A stretch of 64,000 nt of DNA from Octopus sinensis (Eukaryota): contig NC_042999.1 of assembly GCF_006345805.1 (NCBI RefSeq), positions 129,766,001-129,830,000 on the forward strand, read 5' to 3'. Position 1 is the stretch's first letter. Every line of letters begins with the position of its first letter. The position numbers were made by a program, and so were the translations under genes. The notes beneath the pieces are model-generated. The model made no database searches. It was not told the DNA's origin and saw only the letters and a program-made list of their open reading frames with translations. Of this stretch, positions 13,030 to 26,879 are shown one piece after another.

Positions 13030-13437
13030 TCTCTCTATATATAAACGGCAGTTTGTCTGTCTGTGTGTCTGTGTGTCTGTCAGGTTGTACCCTCACCCTG
13101 ACCATGGCTTTCAACTGATTCTGATGAAACTTGACACACACATAGCCCAATGTCATAATTCAAAACTAACGCAGCAAAAATTTTGAAAAGTTCCCCCAGT
13201 TTTGAAAAGAATCGATAAATTTGACATGGGGTCGAGAATCTAAGCTGTTTATATGCAACACATTTTCTGTCGGGAGACAGCTAGGAACATCGTATACATA
13301 GAAGTGTTCGAGTGAAGAGAAGACGTTGCAACCTACACATGCGCCTTCGTTCCCTAGAGGGAAAGAACTAGATTGGGATTAGTCGTTGCCTACTAGGGGC
13401 TCTTACATACCCGGGCAATGCCGGGCTATGCTGCTAG
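13030..13437 (+). mobile_element. Non-autonomous Helitron
   Basis: A|TC start, CCCGGGCAATGCCGGG hairpin and CTAG|T end. Confidence 0.75.
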
Positions 13438-13615
13438 TTAGTGTATATTTGTCTGCTAATTCTAGGTGTGACTAGGTGTGATACAGTTAAAAAGACAAGA
13501 AAAGTTAACTTTCCACTAAAAGAATGCTACAGATCAAAATCAGTAACTTATTTCATTTATCTTAAAATTATTTCTGAAATATTAACTACTTTATCTGGTC
13601 TTCCTTTCATTTCAG

Positions 13616-13797
13616 AAAACAAAAGGCATTGTCCAGTTGCACTGTCCCAATATAATGAGTAATTTTAGGGCCCTGTTGCTGTCCAAACCAGAATCTGTTA
13701 CATCTACAACTATGACATTTTCTCACACTCACCTCAATGCAGCTTTACAAGATCTTGCACAAAGTGTAGTTGCAAGAGAGAAATTAGCATATGAAAG
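13616..13797 (+). CDS. CCDC162: CCDC162-like exon (KTKGIVQLHCPNIM...LAQSVVAREKLAYE)
   Basis: ttcatttcag acceptor, AG|GTACTT donor, phases 0->2. Confidence 0.9.
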
Positions 13798-14569
13798 GTA
13801 CTTCTTCCATTATCACCACCACCATTATCATTACTCACAGTATTATTGTTATCATCACAATCATCCTTATTTTATTCATTGTTGTTGTCATCTTTGTCAT
13901 TATGTTTCTTCTCATCGCCTTCCAATCAGTATTTCCATCATTTTTACCACCAACTACCACCACTACCATCATCATACATTATCACACATCATCACTTTTG
14001 CCACCGTGTGTTGATGTGAAGGTGCATGGCTCAGTGGTTAGAGCATTGGGCTCACAATCATGAGGTAGTGAGTTTGATTCCCAGACCGGGATGTGTGTTG
14101 TGTTCTTGAGCAAGACACTTTATTTCACATTGCTCCATTTCACTCAGCTGTAGAAATGAGTTGTGATATCACTAATTTGCATGGGTGACTGCTGGTCTTC
14201 CATAAACAATCTTGCCTGGACTTGTGCCTCAGAGAGTAACTTTCTAGGTGCAATCTCATGAACATTCATAACTGAAAGGTGTCTTCATTCCTTATTCCTT
14301 TTATTCCTTACTGTGTGTTGTTACTTCAGAAACAGTCATCATCATCATCATCATTATTTAATGCCCTTGTCCATGCTGGCATAGATTGGACAGTTTGAGA
14401 GGGCTGGCATGCTGGAAGGCTGCACAGACTCCAGTTTGATTTGGCATAGTTTTCTATGGCTGGATGCCCTTCCTAATGCCAACCACTCTGAGAGTGCAAT
14501 GGGTGATTTTATGTGCCACAGGCATGGGTACTATTTGCATGACACCAGTATCTGCCATGATTGTGATTT

Positions 14570-14990
14570 TGCTCAGCTTGATGGATCTTCTCAATCACAG
14601 CATAATGCCAAAGGTCTCAGTCATTGCCTCTGTGAGGCCCACACTTGAAAGGAACTCAGCCACTTTAGCTCCATGAGGCCCAACACTCAAGAGGATCTCA
14701 ACCATTTTGCCTCCATTAGGCAAAAGGAACTCATCCACTTTGCATATCCAGTAAAGTATACTGGCTTCATTTCTTTCAAGCCTATGCATGTCCTCAGCTG
14801 TCACAGCCTGTTTCATTGCCATGTAGCATGGTTGTTCACACACAGGCATCAAACAATTTGCCTTTCACTCTGAGAGAGAGGTCCTTTGTTGCCAGCTAGG
14901 GTAGGAGCTCTCTGAACTTTTCCCAGCCTAATCTTATTCTCTCAGCTATGCTCTTGGAGCATCCACTACTAACTTGGTCACCTAGATAAT
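14570..14990 (-). mobile_element. RTE LINE 3' fragment
   Basis: TAEDMHRLERNEASIL, homologous to the copies at 27.6 kb and 42.7 kb. Confidence 0.75.
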
Positions 14991-15801
14991 GGAAGCTATA
15001 TACCCTCAAAATTATGAAAATTGATTAATGTCTAAAATGAGTCATTATTAATCAGATTATAATTTTTTGACATTTTTTCTTTGATATTTTAATATATTTG
15101 AATTATTTAATATTTTCAGGTCTAAAACTAGTTAAAAGTAAAAAAACTGCAAACTAAAGTAAATTTGAGACTGATTATCTAAAACTATTGATAATAATCC
15201 TTTCTCCCATAAGCACATGGCCTAAAATTTGGCAAGATTGGACTAGTCAATTACATTGACCCTAGTGTCCCACTGTACTTAATTTATGAAAGGCAAAGTT
15301 GGCCTCAGTGGAATTTGAACTCAGAACGTAGAGACAAACAAAATACCACTAAGCATTTTGCCCAGCATGCTAATGATTCTGCCAGCTCACTGCCTTAAAA
15401 CTATTGATAATAATGGTTTCGAATTTTGTCACAAGGGCAGCCATTTTGGTGGAAGGGGATAAGTCAATTACACCAACCCTACTGTTTCACTGGTACTTAA
15501 TTTATCAACCCTGAAAGGATGAAAAGCAAAGTTGGCCTCAGTAGAATTTGAATTCAGAATGTAACAATGGTTGAAATACCGCTAAGCAATTCATCCTAAT
15601 GATTCTGCCAGTTCACCACCTCAAAAAAAAGAATATTGATAATAATGAAAAGTTGCAGTATTTTAAGTAGATAAATAGCTTTCCTCCTGGAAAAAGGGAA
15701 ACATAATTTTGTGGCCTGAGTAGAGCACTAAATTTCCCCTTATCTCTACTTATAAGAAGTCACTTTAAAGGGTGAAAATATATCATAAATAAATAACCAT
15801 C

Positions 15802-16155
15802 TGTTGTGGTAAGAATCATTGACACCCCTGTGGGATAGGAAGAATGGACTAGCTGAACTCTTATAAAAAGTAGCGTATTGGTTGAGATGAGAGAGAGGTC
15901 ATAGGAATTGTTGAGAGTACATAGAAGTCGTAGAAAGTCATTGAGATTGTTGAGAGTTTGTATTTATTGGAGCATCAATGTTTAGTGGAGTTTTTCGAAG
16001 TACATCATTTGAAGACAGTTATGTCTATCCCTGCTTTGTGAAATTCGTATATCCAATGTATAGAAGGATATAAAACCATCATTGTAGTTATCAGTGGTAG
16101 TGTCATTGCCATTGTTGTCATCATCCTCTTCAGCATCACCTCCCCGCCACAACCA
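15802..16155 (+). mobile_element. Possible solo LTR
   Basis: TGTTGTGG ... CCACAACCA inverted termini and an internal TATAAAAAG. No clean TSD. Confidence 0.35.
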
Positions 16156-16256
16156 TTACCATCATTATCATTTTCAATGTCATCGTTCATTCATTACTTG
16201 CTGATGAGAGTCACAGATACAATCAAATGTCAATGAAATATTCTTTTGTTTTGCAG

Positions 16257-16320
16257 TTACACCAATTATTATGAAAATATGATGAAAAGCTTTCGTAATC
16301 AGCTTTATCAAAAGGAGCAG
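16257..16320 (+). CDS. CCDC162: CCDC162-like exon (YTNYYENMMKSFRNQLYQKEQ)
   Basis: ttttgcag acceptor, CAG|GTAAGT donor, phases 2->0. Confidence 0.9.
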
Positions 16321-16619
16321 GTAAGTGGTACTGAAATGACACTTGAAGTATTTTTATTTTATTACATTGACAATGATTGATGGTACCATTATTTGTTTAA
16401 TTGTTATTTTATATTCTTTTATTTGTTTCAGTCATTTGACTATGGGCCATGCTGAAGTACTGCCCTGAAGAGTTTTAATCAAATGAATTCACCCCCAAGA
16501 CTTATTTTTTTAAAGCCTAGTACTTATTCTGTCAGTCTCTTGCCAAACCACAAGATTACAGGAAAGTAAACACACCAACCACTGGTTGTTAAGTGGTGAT
16601 GGGGGAATAAACACAGATA

Positions 16620-16725
<106 letters not shown>

Positions 16726-17719
16726 CACACACATGCACACACAACTAGCTTCTTTCAGTTTCTGTTTACCAAAACCACTCATAAGTCTTTGGTTGGCCCG
16801 AGGCTATAGTAGAAGACACTTGCCTAAGGTGCCATGCAGTGACAGAACCCAGAACCATGTGGTTGGGAAGCAAGCCTCTTACCACACAGAGGACTAGTCA
16901 AATACATCCCAGTATGTATTGGGGAATCTTTCTATGCTATTTTAACTGCAACCAGGAAAGTAAAGGATTAATTGATAATCAGGGCTGGTTTTAACCAATA
17001 AGATAGATTTGTTCAAATTGGACCCCATGCACATGCTTGAGAGGAGGACACTATGATGAAGTTTTAGCATATCATTGTGGCTAATGCTGGAACTGATGCA
17101 CTGCACAAAGCATAAGACATTAATCTTCATCTTTTGTAGAATAGAGGCTCCCATTGACATTTCTCTAATTGAACCCCACAATACCTAGTGCCAGCCCTGT
17201 TGATAATAACTTGTGCATGCTCCTTGCAATGTACACCTCCACTGCAGAGTCATCATTCTTTCATTAATCATTTTGGTATAGGTTAACATTTTCAGTAATC
17301 TTCTTTATTCCTCCAGTCATCTTATATATCTTCAGTCATCTTAGATAGTTCATTCGTATTTAAAACATATCCAAATTAGATTTTGTGGCATTCATGCATA
17401 CTAGTGATATATGTGAAATAGAATAGCCACAATTGATAATTAAAACTGGTTCAATTACCTCTGTTCTACTGTGCTTTCTACTCTCCATTTTTAGAATATT
17501 GAAACAAAATGAAACCAAGATAGTCAGAATTGTTGTCAAAGTTTAGATAAGTTTGTCTGTTCAAACTACACCAGTGTTTGAGTTAAACCCAGTCATGTCA
17601 TTCAATAAAAGAATAGTCATTGGCTGTATAGTAATTATATTACAGTGAGCTGCACCTTCTCATAATACCTCTTTGTGTTATCAATTTATCTGTCACAGTT
17701 GACAATGACAAAGAACATC

Positions 17720-18840
17720 ACATGGAGGAAGACAGGGCATAGTGTGCCCAACTGTGGCCGATCAGCCTAGTGTGTGTTCAGAAGGCTCTGCTGCAGTTTG
17801 GTGGTCTGCTGGGACTGAAGGCAAGGCATTGGCTCTGGACTTTTGTAGTTCACATTTTCTTTGTGACCCTGCAATCTTATTCAGTTTGTAGGAGGTGGCA
17901 CTTCTGTTAGTGCAGCTTCTCCAGGCAAGACAGTTTTGTGCTTGCATTTTCCAGGTGCCAGGGTTGATTTCAAAGTTCTTCAGCAAGGCTTTGAGTGTAT
18001 CTTTGAAGCACTTTTTCTGTTCACCTGCATGCACTTACCTTTTGCCAGATCACTGTAAAACAGTCTCTTGGCTGGCCTGCCTGCCTGACTTGTGCTCTCT
18101 TCAGCAGTGTGTAAATGCTTACCAGATCAGCTTGAGAGAAGACCTCTGTGTTTGGGATCTTGTTTTGCCAGGTGATTTTCAATAGCTTTCTCAGGCAGTT
18201 CATGTGAAAACAGTTTAGTTTTTTGGCATGGCATTTGTAAACCTATTTCTTTACTACCCACAAGGGGCTAAACACAGAGGGGACAAACAAGGACAGACAA
18301 ACGGATTAAGTCGATTATATCAACCCCAGTGCGTAACTGGTACTTATTTAATCGACCCCGAAAAGATGAAAGGCAAAGTTGACCTCGTCGTAATTTGAAC
18401 TTAGAACGTAGCAGCAGACAAAATACCGATAAGTATTTCGCCCGGCGTGCTAACGTTTCTGCCATCCAAATCTTGCAGGCTTACAGTAGCATAGGCAATA
18501 CAACTATTTTCACACCTTCATCTCAGTGGCCAGCCTAATACCGCTTCTTTCCACACACTGATTCACATAGCTGCCTGAATGCTGAGCCTTCCTTGGTGAT
18601 GCATGTGTCAACTTCATCATCAAGATTCACAGATCTAGTGATGTGCTGCCAAGGTATGTGAACTTATCAACGACCTTCAAGGTTTCCCCTTTGACAATGA
18701 TAGCTAGTTTCACATATGGCTTCTGTGTGGCAGGTTGGTGTATGACATCTGTCTTCTGAGTACTGAATGTGAAGCCAAAGTCGTTGCAGGCAGTTGAAAA
18801 GTAATTCATGCTCTGCTGCACTTGGGCCTTTGTAGCAATG
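17720..18840 (-). mobile_element. RTE/BovB-like LINE fragment interrupted by a young SINE (18245-18465)
   Basis: GETLKVVDKFTYLGST, ITWQNKIPNTEV and KCFKDTLKALLK remnants. Confidence 0.8.
18245..18465 (-). mobile_element. tRNA-derived SINE family B, young copy (others at about 4515-, 15205-, 15410-, 22500+, 22865-, 31850+, 38020-, 57155-, 60635+, 60890-, 61775-, 63520-)
   Basis: TGGCAGAA.CGTTAGCACGCCGGGCG head, GTTC.AAGTTCAAATT B-box, and shared CTTTGCCTTTCATC...AAGTACCAGTT body. Confidence 0.9.
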
Positions 18841-21567
18841 TGGACACAATTAGAATAATTGAATTGTTTTACCAATGGACATAATTCTGTGCTGGTGACA
18901 AAATATGTAGTGATGATTCCTCCAGGGAGCTAACATCCTATCAGGTCAGCTGTCTAAGACTCTATAGACTTATATATCACTGCACACTGCATCACCACTA
19001 TATTGACAAGGTATCAGATGCTGTTATACACCACTGGTCACAATGCACTCCCTTGCATTGTTGTAGCTTTTGAATGATGCCACCTCACTGACTAGGTGAG
19101 CAGGCCATCATTCCTCCTGAATGGAGCATTAATTCATTGTAGGTTTATCCATTTACAGCTGAGTGGACTGAAGCAACATGAAATGAAGCCCAAGAACACA
19201 ATACTCTACCAATGTGGGAATCAAAACCACAACTTTACATTCATGGGAAGGCACATGGTTCAGTGATCAGAACATCAGGCTCACAATCACGACGTAGTGA
19301 GTTTGATTCCCAGACTGGGCTGTCTTGTGTTCTTGAACAAGATACTTTCACAGTGCTCCAGTTCACTCAGCTGTAGAAATGAGTTGCAACATCACAGGTG
19401 CCTAGCTGTGTTGGCCTTTGCCTTTCCTTTGGATAACACCGATGGCATGGAGAGGGGAGATTGGCATGCATAGGCAACTGCTAGTCTTCCATAAACAACT
19501 TTGCTTTGACTTGTGCCTCGGAGAGTAACTTTGTAGGTGCAATCAAATGGTCAATCATGACCAAAGCAAGTCTTTACCCTTTTACATTCATGAGTGTAAC
19601 ACTCTAATGACTAAGCCATATACCTTCACACAGACTTATACCAATAAATCAATCTGGTTGGACAACTTGCCAGATCAATGTAAATCTTCTACACCAGACA
19701 TCCCAATTGAGCAATGAGAGGCATAAATGTCTGGCCTGGCTTTTAGTCACATCAGTGTTTGGCTAGCTGAAATACCTCATCTACGCACATCATGACTACT
19801 GATGATAGCATAGAACTGGTTGGTCCTGGCTCTTGACAGTTTGCTGTCTGTTTATCTGCTTAGCATTTACTGATATTCTCAATTGATTCAATAAGATTCA
19901 TTTGTTGAAAGAGTTAACATCCACCATGCTGCATTCAATGATTTCAATGTACTTTGGTTTAGGTGATTACATACCATTTAACCCATTACTGGGATCCTCA
20001 CAGATGCTACAACTCTGGATCAGAGTAGACCTGGGAACAACAGTGGATAAGTTTTTCCACCCTCCTCAAAATCCTGGAATTCCTGAACCAGGATCCCACT
20101 ACTGGTTGCAATTTCAAATCATAACCAGAACTTGTATAATCATAATCCTCATTATAATCATATTTGTTTTCCATGCTGGCATGGGTTGCATTTTTTTCCT
20201 TCTTCAGTCATACTGACTCATAAGGGCTGGTTTCTTGGTTTCTATCGTGTATATATTCTCCACCAGAATGGGACACCAGTCTATTGTAGGATTACTCATT
20301 TTTGCTGGCTGAATGGACTGGAGCAATGTGAAATGAAGTGTTTAGATCTAGAACACTACGCATTGCCTGGTCCAGGAATCAAAACCACAATCTTACAATC
20401 ATGAGTCAAGTACCCTAACCACTAAGCTACATGCCTCCATGGCTTGACAGCACCTGATAAGGCCAGAGCCACACCAGATAAATAGTCTGTTTTGGCTTGG
20501 TTCCTATGGCTGGATGCCCTTCCTAATGCCAACCACTCCACAGAGTGTACTAAGTGCTTTTTTACATGGCACCAGCACCAGTGCTTTTTACATAGCACCA
20601 ACGCCAGTGTTTTATATGTGACACCAGCACCCACACCAATGCTTTTTACATGGCACCTTGGTTTTAGGATCTCTGTTCTGTTGTGGTGGGTGGGTATTTT
20701 CAAGTACAACAATGCACCACATATCTCGGGCAAGGAAAAGTATTTATTTATCACATACACCAACGTGATAAACACTGTTAATTACTTGACTTTTAATTGT
20801 GAGCTAGCATTGATTGGCAGAGTTGTTAGGGTAGTGGATAAAATGTCTTGTAGTATTTGTTCCAGCTCTCTGTGGTTCTAATCCTACTGAGATTAACTTG
20901 ATCCTTCATTCTTTCAGTGGCATTAAAAAGAAAGTACCAATGCAAGTTGGTGTATTGGTAGAACTGTTAAAGGGTTAGACTAAATGCATTACAATATTCG
21001 TTCTGATTCTTTATGTTCTGAGTTCAAAACTTACCATGGCCTGCATACACACAAATATATGCATCTTTATACACATACATATATGTGCATGCTTGCATAT
21101 GTGTGTGTGTGTGTGTGTGGTTGGGTGTGTGTGCATGGAGAAGTATATTCTTGGTTATGGCACATAAAAGTTCAGAAAGTCTATATAAGTGCAATAGTAG
21201 ACATGAAACCAATGGTAACTTTTTGACCATAAGTAAGGGTGTACTACTTGACTGCATAAAATATAATAGGTCAAAATTTCTTTTAAGAGTGTGCTTTTTC
21301 CTGACTTATGGACAACCGACCAATATATGTGTGTGTATGTATATATATTTATATACACGCACACATATACACAGAACGGGCTTCCACACCATTTATCTGC
21401 AAAGTCTGCACACAAGGCATTGCTCAACCCAGAGCTGTTGTAGAAAACACTTGCCCAAGGAACCACTCAGTGGGACTGAACCCAAAATAACATTGTTGCT
21501 AGGCAAGATTCTTAACCACACAGCCATACCTGAACCTCTGCTGAATTTAGATTTTACTTTGTCTTTA

Positions 21568-21598
<31 letters not shown>

Positions 21599-22074
21599 AT
21601 CAGATCTATTGTTTTGGGAAAGGGAGGAATTAGATTATTAACTTTTCAAGCATTTCTTAATAGTATTAGTGGTTTAAGTAAAATAGCTAAAACTGAATTC
21701 AATCAGGCTGTAGACACCCTTTCCAAATAGTTTACCATCTACATTAATCTGCGTTATAACATTCACTACATTCACTGTGGAATCATATAGTAAACTATAT
21801 ATGCTAAATGTCATAATGATTTGTATTTACCTGTAACTTATTGCAGAGATATGTTTATATATATCTATATAGATATCTATTTGAGTCACTCTGTTACTTC
21901 TGCTAAATATTAATAAAAATATACACATATATTTTGAGTTCTATTTTTCCTGTTTGCATCACCATGCATGTATATATATAAGTATATATATATATGCATG
22001 TATGTGTGTGTGTGTATATATATGTACTCATGCAAATTGTTTTACTTTCTTTTTATGTTATCTGTGATTGACAG

Positions 22075-22174
22075 GAAATCCGAAAACTGCAAGATGATCT
22101 TGAAGTCTTAGAAAGCAATCTATCTAATGAAGTTGAGTTTCAGTTGGCAGATAAAGTATTCAATCTACTCATGG
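22075..22174 (+). CDS. CCDC162: CCDC162-like exon (EIRKLQDDLEVLE...ADKVFNLLM)
   Basis: gacag acceptor after a long pyrimidine tract, GTCAGT donor, phases 0->1. Confidence 0.88.
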
Positions 22175-23099
22175 GTCAGTGTTTACATGAAAACGTATTT
22201 AACATTCTATTTTCCTCAGTGAATGAAATGTCAGTAATCAGGGATAATGATATAGGGATGAAGGTGAATGAAGTAGGCTCTGAATGTTTTGTCATCATCA
22301 TTGTTGTCATCATCGTCATCATCATCATCATCATCATTTAGTATCTGTTGACCAAGCTGGCAAGGGTTGGATGGTTTGACTAGGGCTGGCAAGCTGGAAG
22401 GCTACACCAGACTCCAGTCTGATTTGGCATGTTTTCTAGGTTGGATGCCCTTCCTAACGCTAACCACTCCAAGAGTTTAATGGGTGCTTTGCAAAAGATT
22501 AAGACAGTGAGCTGGCAAAATTGTTAGCATGCCAAGCAAAATGCTTAGCAGCATTTTATCTGTTGTTACTTTCTGAGTTCAAATTCTACTATGGCCAACT
22601 TTGCCTTTCATCCTTTTAGAGTCAATAAAATAAGTACCAGTTGAGTCCTGGGATTGGTGTGATCAACTTACCCCCTCCACACCCCCTGAAATTGCTGGCC
22701 TTGTACCAAAATTTAAAATCAATATTATGCAAAAGATTCTGAGATATAAGTTTGACTCATGACAATATTAGTGTTACCAATTAAATATTGATTCTATGAT
22801 ACTAAGTATAAAGCTAATTAAATACAGTTATTAATAATAATTATAGTAGATTATAATAACAATAATAATCCTTTCTACTTTTGGCATAATTCCAGCAATT
22901 TCAAAGGAAGAGGAAATTGCTTATGTTGACTTCAGTATATGACTGATACTTATTTTATCGTAGTCAAGAAGATGAAAAACAAAGTCAGCCTCAGAAGAAT
23001 TTGAACTCAGAATATAAAGCCAGAAGAAATGTTGCTAAGCATATTTCATCAGGTGTAGTAACAATTCTGCCACTTGCTGCCTTAATAAAAATTGTGGTG

Positions 23100-23650
23100 A
23101 GAGGGGTGAAACGGTATGGTACATCGTTAGTAAATGCCCAAAATTAGCACAACGCAAATACAAATGACATCATGACAATCCGGCAAGAACGATCCATTGG
23201 GAGTTCTGTGGAAATCACTGCCTACAAAGAGCAAAGACATGGTGTGAGAAAATCCCAAAAGGAGTCATTGAGAATGAGAATTGCAAAATCCTGTGAGATG
23301 CAATGATTCAGTGCAATCACCTGACCAGACATAAGAAACCAGACATTGTTGTGGTGAATAAAAAAGAAAGAATATGCATGATAACCAACATACCCTGCCC
23401 CAGCGACAACAGGATCAATGTGAAAGAAGAAGAAAAAAATAAACAGCTATGATAATTTGAGGTGGGAAATACAAAGGTTGTGATCAATGAAGAGAGCAGA
23501 CGTGATACCAATAATAAATCGGTGCTATTTAGAAGTACCAGCACTCAACTATCAGCATGGCTGAAAAAGATTGGTGCAAGTATGAAAGTAGAACACCGAC
23601 AAAAATCAGCATTGCTTGGAACTGCAAGAATTCTTTGCAGGGTTCTCTTT
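23100..23650 (+). mobile_element. Non-LTR retrotransposon 3' end with restriction-like endonuclease (R4/NeSL-type), decayed
   Basis: ENENCKIL.D..IQC...RHKKPDIVVV and QKSALLGTARIL remnants. Confidence 0.75.
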
Positions 23651-24915
23651 TGCATAAACACACCAGCATCGGTTGTCAAGTGATGTTGGGGGGGACAATC
23701 ACAGACACACAAACATATACACATGCATATATATATATACATATATATACAACAGGCTTCTTTCAGTTTCCGTCTACCAAATCCACTCACAAGTCTTTGG
23801 TCAGCCTGAGGCTATAGTAGAAGAAACTTGCCCAAGGTGCCACACAGTGGGACTGAACCTGGAACCATGTGGTTCGTAAGCAAGCTACTTACCACACAGC
23901 CACTCTTACGCCTACTTACCACACAGCCACTCCTACGTCTACAGCTTTGTTAGAAAACTTTAGAAACACTTTCCAAATTTAAGTTGAATGAGTTATACTT
24001 TGATTATATCATTTACCTTGACAATATTTATCAAATAGTGTTTTATTAATTTTCTCTTCAAAGCATGGGTGTATAGAGAGTCCTAATGTATCATGTAAAT
24101 AAAGTACAACTTTATTTAAGTCTAATATGGTTTTCTCATTTTACAGCCTTGAAAAAGACATCAACCACTATTCTGATGTTTTTTGTCAGGGCTAAGAGGT
24201 TAATTTGTTGGATTGTACTATATTTTAACAGCTAGTGTATAGCATTTAAAATAGTTCTCTAGTTATGATTTCCATTGTACTATGCAAACTCATAAGTTAT
24301 ATGAAATTTGAATTTTATTTACCTTGAAAATGTGCTTTGTTTTGCTAAATCATAAACTTCACTCTACTTCTCAACAAAAGGGAAAAAAAGAGAAAAGAAA
24401 AATGCTTCCCTATCATGTTTTATTAACCTTGTCAATGTACATGGACATAAATTTGTGACAAGAAAACAATTATATAAACTTTAGTAGTTGACAGTTATCT
24501 ACTTTAGAAGGATGAAAGTTGAACTTGTCAGAATTCAAAATCGGAAAGTGTAAGGCTACAGTTAAATACTACAAGGCATTTTGTCTGATGCTCTACCAAT
24601 TCTGCAAATCCACCATCTGAGTACCCCTAGTAATGTTAAATGGAAATGCTCAAGGTGCAGTTTAGTTTCAGTTTGATATATATTTTCAGGTTCCATTTAA
24701 TTGTTAGATGTGTGAAACAGTGAAGAATTACATGAACAAAATAAGTATGACAAATTACCACTTTAGTTTATATTCTTATCTCTACTAAGTGTACAGACTC
24801 TTTCTGTTGAGGAATTTTGTATTTTCCAATATGTCTAAAGAAATGTGTTTGTTAAAATCCAAATAGCATGTTAGATTTTGAAAACCAAATGCTTCCTTTT
24901 GTTTTCTGACTTCAG

Positions 24916-25072
24916 AAATAACAGCTGTTCACTCGAAGATATCTAGAATTTATATGAGCAATAAACAAAGAAATAAAGAGATTCGGAATGAAGTGAAACG
25001 TGAATACAGCAAACTTATTGAAGATTTTTTTGCAGCCTCTATTCAACTCAGAGAGAAGTTTGATATATTCAG
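24916..25072 (+). CDS. CCDC162: CCDC162-like exon (EITAVHSKI...IRNEVKREYSKLIEDFF...KFDIF)
   Basis: ttcag acceptor, AG|GTACTG donor, phases 1->2. The coiled-coil pattern resembles the recalled CCDC162 segment IRKEVQEEY. Confidence 0.9.
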
Positions 25073-26165
25073 GTACTGTATAATTGTCATGTATGTGGAA
25101 TGGCTAATGACTTGGACAAAAATTTCATTGGCTTAAACCTTGCTACAAGAATTATATTTTACATCAGCTAAAATAGATACTATTCTCATTTCAAAGCCAA
25201 GTAGTTGAAATTAGATGGAACAACCAATTGTAAAATGTCAGCTAGAAGTGTTTAGCTCTTTAGCATTTAAACTGGCTATATCTAGTTCAAATATCCTTCC
25301 TGTTGTATGTTTAAACAGGTCAGATCCAGCCTCTCACACCTCACCTACAATATCATTCTAAAATTCTAAAAATAAACTATCACATTGTCAAAATCTCAAT
25401 GGTAAAACAATGTGAATAAATAAGCATTATATTCAACAGAGTAACCTGAATGCTTAAGGGCTAAAGTTATAAAATCACCCAGCACAGGAAAATAAATAGA
25501 TTAAACCCTTTTTAAGATAAATCATTCTTCTGTACTTTAAAATGTGTTTTCTTATCAGTTAATCCTTTAACTAAGTTTTGCATTGAATATCTTGTCTTGT
25601 AGACTGTCTCAGATAGTAGTTGAATCAGTATTAGAATGGGGGCAATAGGGAATTGAACTAAATACTTTTCTTTTTTTTGTGCTTGAATCAATGAAATAGG
25701 TACTTTGCTTTATGTTCCCATCAATTTTTTATGAACTGGCTTTGTACTTTATCAAAAGATGTTGTCATCACCACCACCACCATTATCATTTTCAATTCTA
25801 CTTTTACTACAAATGAAAAAGTCTACATATTGTAGGTGATTAGGTATGGCTTGGGAAGAATTAATTTTTGAGGTCACAAGCTACATATTTAATAAATTTG
25901 ATATCAGTCGGCTGTCTGATCCAAGTACCTCTGGCCAGTTACAATAATAAACATAACTTATTAATACTGAAAGGATAAAAATGTTTCCTTGGTAGGATTT
26001 AAATAATAGATACTGACTTGTTACAATTTGTGTAAATTTGGTTAAATATTGCTTGTTTGCCAATTTAACTTAAAAGCTAATTTATCTTTATTCCTGACTT
26101 ATGGACTTTTATGTAACAAATTTTATTTCATGAATTTCTTGTTTTCTATGTCCAACATTTGCTAG

Positions 26166-26266
26166 AAATGACCTGACTGATGAAGTATTGGAGATAATTA
26201 CCACAACTCGCAAACATGTTATTGAAGAAATGGAAGAACTTAAACTTAAATATCACCTTCCAGAAG
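26166..26266 (+). CDS. CCDC162: CCDC162-like exon (NDLTDEVLEIITTTRKHVIEEMEELKLKYHLPE), GC donor
   Basis: tttgctag acceptor, phase 2 start. The only phase-1 donor before the in-frame stop is AAG|GCAAGA. Confidence 0.8.
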
Positions 26267-26479
26267 GCAAGATTATTATCTCTATATTTCAGATGTCTGA
26301 TTAACCATCCATTTTCAAATTGTTGAAAAGTCTTTGCACAGTCAGGAGGAGGTCTGCTTAACAAATGGAAGCAGTGAGAATTTCAATGACTATTTGATAA
26401 CTTTTGATACTGGTATGGCTATCCGTACAATTGTTAATACGACTATCTCTGTTCCAGGACAATTATCATCATCATAATA

Positions 26480-26745
26480 TAGAATGTTCAATACATCTGC
26501 CACATGCAAACACTACTTTCTCTTGTTAACCTTGCTGTGATAGAGCTGCACCTCTTATATGTCAATAGTTTGCACTGGGTACACCATACAGAATTTCTAC
26601 CTACACCTTTTCTACATATTAAGCACAGCTATCTCCCTGAAGGGATTAGTAATTTTCTGTTTTTCTATTTACTAAGACTTTGGTCTTTGCTAAATTAACT
26701 CTGAGACCCTTTGATTCCAGACCTTGCATTGTACATGGTGACCAT
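26480..26745 (-). mobile_element. RTE LINE fragment (antisense)
   Basis: The reverse complement aligns by eye with 27100-27330 (GL.SKGLRVNL.KTKVLV). Confidence 0.75.
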
Positions 26746-26879
26746 GAAATTGGCTCTTGTAATGAGGAGAGAACAAGGCTACTGAACTTCTGTCCTAATT
26801 TCTAAGATCTACAATACCAACTTCAGAAAGCCAGCCAGTCATCTGATAACCTATCAGTCTGGTGACCACACTAGCAAGA

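Noticed and set aside
14015-14100. tRNA-like sequence with A/B boxes
   Set aside because: It is the head of a multicopy SINE (also at 19248 and 40709); there is no complete cloverleaf.
20560-20660. Repeat-spacer-like array of TTTTACATGGCACC units (also 39290-39430 and 43200-43420)
   Set aside because: These are tandem units of the RTE-LINE/SINE 3' tail in a eukaryotic intron. It is not CRISPR: there are no regular spacers, no leader and no cas genes.
24147-24198. Candidate cassette exon with a good acceptor (ttttacag)
   Set aside because: Weak donor and a 52-nt frameshifting length, while the flanking exons already join in phase. At most a poison exon, with no support.
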